Shown: piece by piece, positions 6,737 through 12,402 of the stretch
Layout: every line of letters starts with the position of its first letter
Position numbering within the stretch: position 1 is the stretch's first letter
Assembly: GCA_038205935.1 (NCBI GenBank)
Contig: JBBRBK010000045.1
Coordinates: forward strand, 1-15,207
Source of the DNA: Campylobacterales bacterium
GTDB taxonomy: Bacteria; Campylobacterota; Campylobacteria; Campylobacterales; Sulfurimonadaceae
Length of the DNA: 15,207 nucleotides
Direction of reading: 5' to 3'
Translations under genes and position numbers: made by a program
The notes under the pieces: model-generated
The model's input: only the letters and a program-made list of their open reading frames with translations
Databases searched by the model: none
Told to the model about the DNA's origin: nothing

Positions 6737-7348
6737 AGTCAGTGCTTCTTGACACAAATGAGTGATAGAAGCGAAATCTTTTTTCTCTATCGCAGACTTT
6801 GGTACGATCCAGCTTCCTCCTACACATAAGACATTTGGCAGAGCTAAAAACTCTTTGACATTGCCAAGATTGATCCCACCTGTTGGACAAAATCGCATAT
6901 CAGCAAATGGACCACTAAAGGCTTTGAGTGTTTCAATGCCACCAACGGCTGTTGCTGGAAAAAGTTTACAGTGAAAAAAACCGCCGTTTTGTGCCATCAT
7001 CACATCGCTCGCAGTTGCGACACCGGGAATAAGAGGGATATTTAGAGTTTTGGATATATCCATCAGTTCAGTGTTGATGCCAGGACTAAAAACAAACTGC
7101 GCACCATGTTCTACAGCTTTTTTAAATCCTTCAAAATTGATAACAGTTCCTGCACCTACAGCCATTTGCGGGAGCTCTTTTGAGATGATTTCTATCGCTT
7201 TAAGTCCTGCTTGGGTGCGTAAAGTGATTTCCATAAGGCGGATGCCACCCTTAAGAAGTGCGAGAGCAAGAGGAAGTGCATCTTCTACATTATCGATGGC
7301 GATTACTGGTACGATCGGGGATATTTTCATGACATCATAAGCATTCAT
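6722..7348 (-). CDS. eda: 2-keto-3-deoxy-6-phosphogluconate (KDPG) aldolase (208 aa)
   Basis: PIVPVI, catalytic Glu/Arg in EITLRT, VGAGTV, SPG, Schiff-base Lys in KLFPA, FCPTGGI, VGGSW. ATGA overlap with the edd stop. Confidence 0.96.
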   Translation of the reverse strand: MNAYDVMKISPIVPVIAIDNVEDALPLALALLKGGIRLMEITLRTQAGLKAIEIISKELPQMAVGAGTVINFEGFKKAVEHGAQFVFSPGINTELMDISKTLNIPLIPGVATASDVMMAQNGGFFHCKLFPATAVGGIETLKAFSGPFADMRFCPTGGINLGNVKEFLALPNVLCVGGSWIVPKSAIEKKDFASITHLCQEALTLIHQ

Positions 7349-9174
7349 GCTCTTTCTTCTCCTGTAATATCAAAAACACAAGCCCCTTTTTCGGCGCTGT
7401 TGATGGAGTTTCGGATGCTAACAAAAAGTTCACGTCCAAAACCATGACGATTTGCAGAGAGATCAGGCTTACATGTAAGGCGCCTTGAAAGTACTGTTTC
7501 ATCAACTAAAAGCTCTACGTTACCATTGTTAACATCAAAACGAATCATATCACCATTTTCTATGATACCAAGCACGCCACCATCAAGCGCTTCTGGAGTC
7601 ATATGAATGGCTGAGGGAACTTTTCCAGATGCACCCGACATGCGCCCATCTGTCACAATAGCGACCTTATAACCTTTTTCTTGCAATACTCCAAGTGGCG
7701 GCATGAGACCATGAAGCTCTGGCATTCCGTTGGCTTTTGGACCTTGAAAGCGTACTACAGCGATAAAATCTTTATTTAGGTCACCTTTTTTAAATGCTTC
7801 TTGAAGGGATTCTTGACTTTCAAAAACTAGCGCTTTAGCTTCAATGATGAGATGTTCATCTTTGAGTGCTGAGGTTTTTATAACACTTCGTCCGATGTTA
7901 CCGTTAAGAAGTTTTAGACCGCCTTCGTGGCTATAAGGTGTATCAGTGCTTGAAACCACACTGATATCTCGAGAGACTTTCGCGCCTGTTTCAAAATGAA
8001 GTTTTCCATCAAGTAACGATGGCTCTACGACATAGCGATCAAGCCCTTTACCCATGATAGTCTGCACATCGTTATGTGCGAGTCCAGCATTTAAAAGCTG
8101 ATGAATTACAACACTCATGCCACCAGCTTCACGAAATGCATTCACATCAGCTTGTCCGTTTGGATACATACGACAAAGCAGGGGAATCACTTTTGAGATC
8201 TGATCAAAATCATCCCATGTAAGGATAATACCAGCGGCTCTTGCCATTGCGATGAGGTGAATAGTGTGATTTGTCGATCCACCCGTTGCCATAAGTCCGA
8301 TGATGGCATTGACAAAGCTTTTCTCATCGATCACTTCACCGATAGGAAGATAGTTGCCTGAGATTTCTGTCATCGTTAAAATTTGCTTTGCAGCTTCTGC
8401 TGTGAGCGCTTCACGAAGAGGTGTATTGGTGTTGACAAAAGAGCTGTTGGGAAGCTGTAATCCCATCATTTCAAGTAGCATTTGATTTGAGTTTGCAGTG
8501 CCGTAAAAGGTACATGTACCACTACTATGGTACGACGCGGATTCGGCTTTTAAAAGATCTGCTTCGCTGACATTGCCTTTGGCAAACTCTTGACGGATTT
8601 TGGCTTTTTCTGAGTTGCTGATGCCTGAGGGCATTGGGCCTGCTGGAACAAAGAGCGCTGGAAGATGTCCAAAGGAGAGCGCACCTATCATAAGGCCTGG
8701 AACGATTTTATCGCAGACTCCAAGATAAAGCGCTCCATCGTAAACGTTATGCGAGAGTGCAATTGCCGTTCCCATAGCGATATTATCACGGCTAAAGAGG
8801 CTGAGTTCCATTCCCGGTTGAGACTGGGTAACACCATCACACATCGCTGGTACTCCTCCGGCTACTTGAGCCGTTGCTCCTGCGTCGTGAAGTGTTCGTT
8901 TAATGAGCGCGGGGTAGAGTTTGTAAGGTTCATGCGCTGAGAGCATATCGTTGTAAGCGGTGACGATGGCGATGTTTGGCGTGATGAGAGCCGCGAGTGA
9001 AGATTTATCTTCAGCGTCCATCGGTGCCATCGCATGTGCGAGATTGCTACAACCGAGTTTTTTTCTATTGACTCCGTGACCTTTGGCATTGCGTATCCGC
9101 TGAAGATAGATGCTGCGGCTTTTAAAAGAACGTTCTTGTATCTGAGCTGTTACTCGTTGGATGATCTCATTCAT
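7345..9174 (-). CDS. edd: 6-phosphogluconate dehydratase (609 aa)
   Basis: CSNLAHA, AYNDMLSAHEPY, GGVPAMCDGVTQ, CDKIVPG, GTCTFYGTANSNQ, GPKANGMPELH, TDGRMSGASGKVP. ATGA overlap with the pgl stop. Confidence 0.97.
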   Translation of the reverse strand: MNEIIQRVTAQIQERSFKSRSIYLQRIRNAKGHGVNRKKLGCSNLAHAMAPMDAEDKSSLAALITPNIAIVTAYNDMLSAHEPYKLYPALIKRTLHDAGATAQVAGGVPAMCDGVTQSQPGMELSLFSRDNIAMGTAIALSHNVYDGALYLGVCDKIVPGLMIGALSFGHLPALFVPAGPMPSGISNSEKAKIRQEFAKGNVSEADLLKAESASYHSSGTCTFYGTANSNQMLLEMMGLQLPNSSFVNTNTPLREALTAEAAKQILTMTEISGNYLPIGEVIDEKSFVNAIIGLMATGGSTNHTIHLIAMARAAGIILTWDDFDQISKVIPLLCRMYPNGQADVNAFREAGGMSVVIHQLLNAGLAHNDVQTIMGKGLDRYVVEPSLLDGKLHFETGAKVSRDISVVSSTDTPYSHEGGLKLLNGNIGRSVIKTSALKDEHLIIEAKALVFESQESLQEAFKKGDLNKDFIAVVRFQGPKANGMPELHGLMPPLGVLQEKGYKVAIVTDGRMSGASGKVPSAIHMTPEALDGGVLGIIENGDMIRFDVNNGNVELLVDETVLSRRLTCKPDLSANRHGFGRELFVSIRNSINSAEKGACVFDITGEERA

Positions 9175-9869
9175 GCGAAATATACCTCGATCTCTTTAGT
9201 GTGTTGTTTTAAAATAGAGCGAATTGGCATAGCAAAAATATCATCGCCTTCCATCGCCTCATTATAAACTTTTAATTTTGAATCTCCCTGAAAATGGAGA
9301 TAGATTTTACTGCTTGAGAGGATAGCTTTTAAAGTAAGACTCATGCGCATGTGAGGAGCAGTTGTTGGTTCTATAGCTATACAAATATCTTCACGCAAAA
9401 AATCATAAGCTTCACTTAGTCTTGGATTATTTGGAAAAAGCGAAGCTGTGTGCGCATCATTTCCCATTCCTAAAACAATGACATCAAAAGGGGTAAGTGA
9501 AGATTTCATATTTTTTGAACATTCACTCTCTACATGTAAAGCATCTTTTCCATCTATAAACATTCCAACAAATGTAGCTTTTGAAGCATAATTTTGCAGG
9601 AGCGTTTCACGTATAAGTTTCTCGTTACTCTCATTATGACTAGGAGATACCCATCGCTCATCACAAAGACCGATGTGAACATTTTCCCAATCAATCTCCA
9701 CAGAACTAAGTGCAGAAAAAAGTTTGAGCGGCGTTATCCCGCCTGAAACAAGAAGTGCTGCACTCCCTTTCTGTTTGATGGCACAAGTGAGGTCTTCGGC
9801 GATGACCTGAGCTAGTTTTAAAGCAAGCTCATTGTCATTTTTAAACTCATGAAAATGGATGTTACTCAT
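9171..9869 (-). CDS. pgl: 6-phosphogluconolactonase, DevB/SOL type (232 aa)
   Basis: VSGGITP, DERWV, SN, LGMGNDAHTASLFP, RMSLT. Start set at ATG 9869, which overlaps the zwf stop (ATGAGTAA), rather than 9932. Confidence 0.93.
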   Translation of the reverse strand: MSNIHFHEFKNDNELALKLAQVIAEDLTCAIKQKGSAALLVSGGITPLKLFSALSSVEIDWENVHIGLCDERWVSPSHNESNEKLIRETLLQNYASKATFVGMFIDGKDALHVESECSKNMKSSLTPFDVIVLGMGNDAHTASLFPNNPRLSEAYDFLREDICIAIEPTTAPHMRMSLTLKAILSSSKIYLHFQGDSKLKVYNEAMEGDDIFAMPIRSILKQHTKEIEVYFA

Positions 9870-11322
9870 GCCAGCTTCTACCATCTCGTGCAACGAGTTC
9901 GACTGCGGCGGTGGGTCCATCAGTTCCTGCACTATAGCTTTTCATTGACACGATATTCTCTTTCCAGCCGTTTAAAATGATATCTGCCCATTTCCATGCC
10001 GCTTCGACTTCATCAAGGCGCATAAAAAGAGTTGGATTACTGCGGATAACATCGAGCATCAGTCTCTCATACGCTTCAGGCTTTCTTGGTTCGTTCATCG
10101 GAGCATTGAGCTCTAGATCCACTTGTTGTAGACGCATTTGCTCACTCAAACCTGGAATTTTATTCATGAGTTTAAGTTGGATACTCTCTTTTGGCTGTAG
10201 CGTAATAACAAGTTTATTGTCCGAGATACAGCGTCCTTTGTTGGCGAAAATAGAGTAGGGCACAGATTTGAACTGGATAATGATCTCAGAGTTTCGATTA
10301 CGCAATCTTTTGCCACTGCGAAGATAAAATGGAACACCATTCCAGCGCCAGTTATCGATATCGACACGAATAGCCGCATAAGTTTCAGTCGTGCTCTCAG
10401 CCATCCCATCACCCTCGCGATAACCTGGAACAGCTACGCCGTTACTTGAGCCTTTTGCGTACTGGGCACGTACTGTTTTTTGCTCAATATCTGAAACACT
10501 CATATGGCGTAGTGATCTCAGGACTTTCACTTTTTCATCACGAACACTGTCCGCGTCAAGTGAACATGGCGGTTCCATAGCTACAAGACACAGCAGTTGC
10601 ATTAAGTGGTTTTGGATCATATCACGCATCGCGCCGTAATCATCATAATAGCCCCAACGTCCCTCAACTCCTACACTTTCAGAAACGGTTATTTGAACGT
10701 GGTCGATATTGCTCGCATCCCATAAAGGCATAAAAAATCGGTTGGAAAAGCGTAGTGCCATAATATTTTGAACAGTGTCTTTTCCAAGGTAATGATCGAT
10801 GCGATAGACTTGAGATTCTTTAAAATATTTTAAAACTTCAACATTGATAACTCGTGATGATGCAAGATCCCTTCCGATAGGTTTTTCAAGGACGACACGA
10901 GAACTTTTTGTGATGAGCTTCGTAGTGTTTAAAGCCTTACAAACAGCTCCAAAAAAGCTAGGTGAAGTGGAAAGATAGTTAATTCTCTCACGATCAGGAA
11001 ATTCATCAAGAACTTTTTTAAGAGTGCCGTAGCTTGTTTCATCTCCAAGATCGAGTTGGACGACGATAAGATGTGCTTTGAAGTTTTCAAATTTTACTTC
11101 ATCAAATACATCTTCGGCTAAAAACTCCTGAAGTTTTATTTTGACAAGCTCACTATGCTCATCAAGGCTCATAGAAGAGCGTGTAGTGGAGATGATTCGG
11201 CTTTGATGATTGAGGTAACCATCGTTAAAAAGATGATAAAGGGCGGGCATAAGTTTACGAAAAGCCAGATCTCCGTGACCACCAAAAATAATAACATCAC
11301 ATAAATTTTCTATTTCACTCAT
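9862..11322 (-). CDS. zwf: Glucose-6-phosphate 1-dehydrogenase (486 aa)
   Basis: Rossmann FGGHGDLAFRKL, EKPIG, RIDHYLGK, GAMRDMIQNHL, RWNGVPFYLRSGK, AYERL. Confidence 0.97.
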   Translation of the reverse strand: MSEIENLCDVIIFGGHGDLAFRKLMPALYHLFNDGYLNHQSRIISTTRSSMSLDEHSELVKIKLQEFLAEDVFDEVKFENFKAHLIVVQLDLGDETSYGTLKKVLDEFPDRERINYLSTSPSFFGAVCKALNTTKLITKSSRVVLEKPIGRDLASSRVINVEVLKYFKESQVYRIDHYLGKDTVQNIMALRFSNRFFMPLWDASNIDHVQITVSESVGVEGRWGYYDDYGAMRDMIQNHLMQLLCLVAMEPPCSLDADSVRDEKVKVLRSLRHMSVSDIEQKTVRAQYAKGSSNGVAVPGYREGDGMAESTTETYAAIRVDIDNWRWNGVPFYLRSGKRLRNRNSEIIIQFKSVPYSIFANKGRCISDNKLVITLQPKESIQLKLMNKIPGLSEQMRLQQVDLELNAPMNEPRKPEAYERLMLDVIRSNPTLFMRLDEVEAAWKWADIILNGWKENIVSMKSYSAGTDGPTAAVELVARDGRSWHE

Positions 11323-11369
11323 AAAGACTCTTTTATTGTATAAATTTTTACCATTGTATCGCTTTTCAT

Positions 11370-11378
11370 AGTATAGCC
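11370..11378 (-). promoter_or_regulatory. Candidate internal promoter (-10 TATACT) for zwf-pgl-edd-eda
   Basis: GGCTATACT in the 80-nt glk-zwf gap, the only sizeable gap in the cluster. Two further TACAAT hexamers lie closer to zwf. Confidence 0.4.
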
Positions 11379-11402
11379 TATAAAAAAACGATTAAAATTT
11401 CA

Positions 11403-12392
11403 TCAATTTTTATGTTGATTTTTTGCATAATGAGCTGAACCGAGCATCGCAGTCTCGGGATTGAGTGAAAGCTTGATCGGCATCTGTTGCAACATCTGCG
11501 AAAAGCGTCCTTTGGCGAAAAATGCATTGATAAATGTCTCACTTTGCATAAAAGGCAAGATTTTTGGAGCAATGCCGCCTCCGATATAAACTCCTCCCAA
11601 AGAGAGAGATTTTAGTGCTATATTTCCAGCCTCAGCTCCATAAATCTCGACAAATAAACGTAAAGTTTCAACACAAAGTGGATCATTCTTTTCTAAGGCA
11701 TACTGGCTGATAAGCACGCTCTTATCTTGATTGGAGTTCATTTTTGTAATCGAGTCTGGTTCTTTGGCAAACTCTGAAGCCACTAGAAAATCATAGATAT
11801 TGGCAATCCCAGGCCCCGAAAGAATGCGCTCATAGCTTACATGTAAGGGATAATGTTCTCTTAGCCAAAGTAAAAGTGCATCTTGCTGATGCGTTAACGG
11901 TGCAAAATCGCAGTGACCACCTTCTGAGCCGATAGGGTGATAGCTTAGTCCATCAAAATAAAGCATCGCTTCTCCAAGGCCTGTTCCAGCGGCTATCACA
12001 GCGCAATTACCTTTTTTGGTTTCCGCATTAGGGTTTAGATTGATAAACTCATCATCGTGAAGATAGAGCATACCATACGCGGTTGCTTCTAAATCGTTGA
12101 GAAGATAAACGCTCTTAGTTTTTAAAACTTTTTGAAGATCACTAGCTGCTATTTCCCACGGAAGATTTGTGGTAGCGCATCTTCCATCGATGATTGGTCC
12201 TGCGATCGCTAAGCAGGCAGTTGTAATCTCTCTATCTGGAATTTTTTCTAAAAATTCATTGATCACATCAGAAAAACTTGCATAATTTTGACTCACAAAT
12301 TGATGCTGGACTTCAAGAAAAACTTCTTTTTCTGTAATCTTATAAAGCGCAAGATTTGTTTTTGTTCCACCAATATCTCCGGCTAATATCAT
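11403..12392 (-). CDS. glk: Glucokinase, non-ROK Glk family (329 aa)
   Basis: ILAGDIGGTKT, LLNDLEA, AGTGLG, SEGGH, ERILSGPG, GGVYIGGGI, KGRF. An AAAGGA RBS overlapping the upstream stop supports ATG 12392 over 12449. Confidence 0.95.
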   Translation of the reverse strand: MILAGDIGGTKTNLALYKITEKEVFLEVQHQFVSQNYASFSDVINEFLEKIPDREITTACLAIAGPIIDGRCATTNLPWEIAASDLQKVLKTKSVYLLNDLEATAYGMLYLHDDEFINLNPNAETKKGNCAVIAAGTGLGEAMLYFDGLSYHPIGSEGGHCDFAPLTHQQDALLLWLREHYPLHVSYERILSGPGIANIYDFLVASEFAKEPDSITKMNSNQDKSVLISQYALEKNDPLCVETLRLFVEIYGAEAGNIALKSLSLGGVYIGGGIAPKILPFMQSETFINAFFAKGRFSQMLQQMPIKLSLNPETAMLGSAHYAKNQHKN

Positions 12393-12402
12393 AAAAATTC
12401 CT

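Noticed and set aside
9870..9932. Longer ORF-track N-termini for pgl (also glk 12449, ftsE 978, flpA 3551, rodA 4501, small gene 6613)
   Set aside because: Downstream starts have better RBS spacing or stop/start coupling and begin at the family-typical N-terminus.
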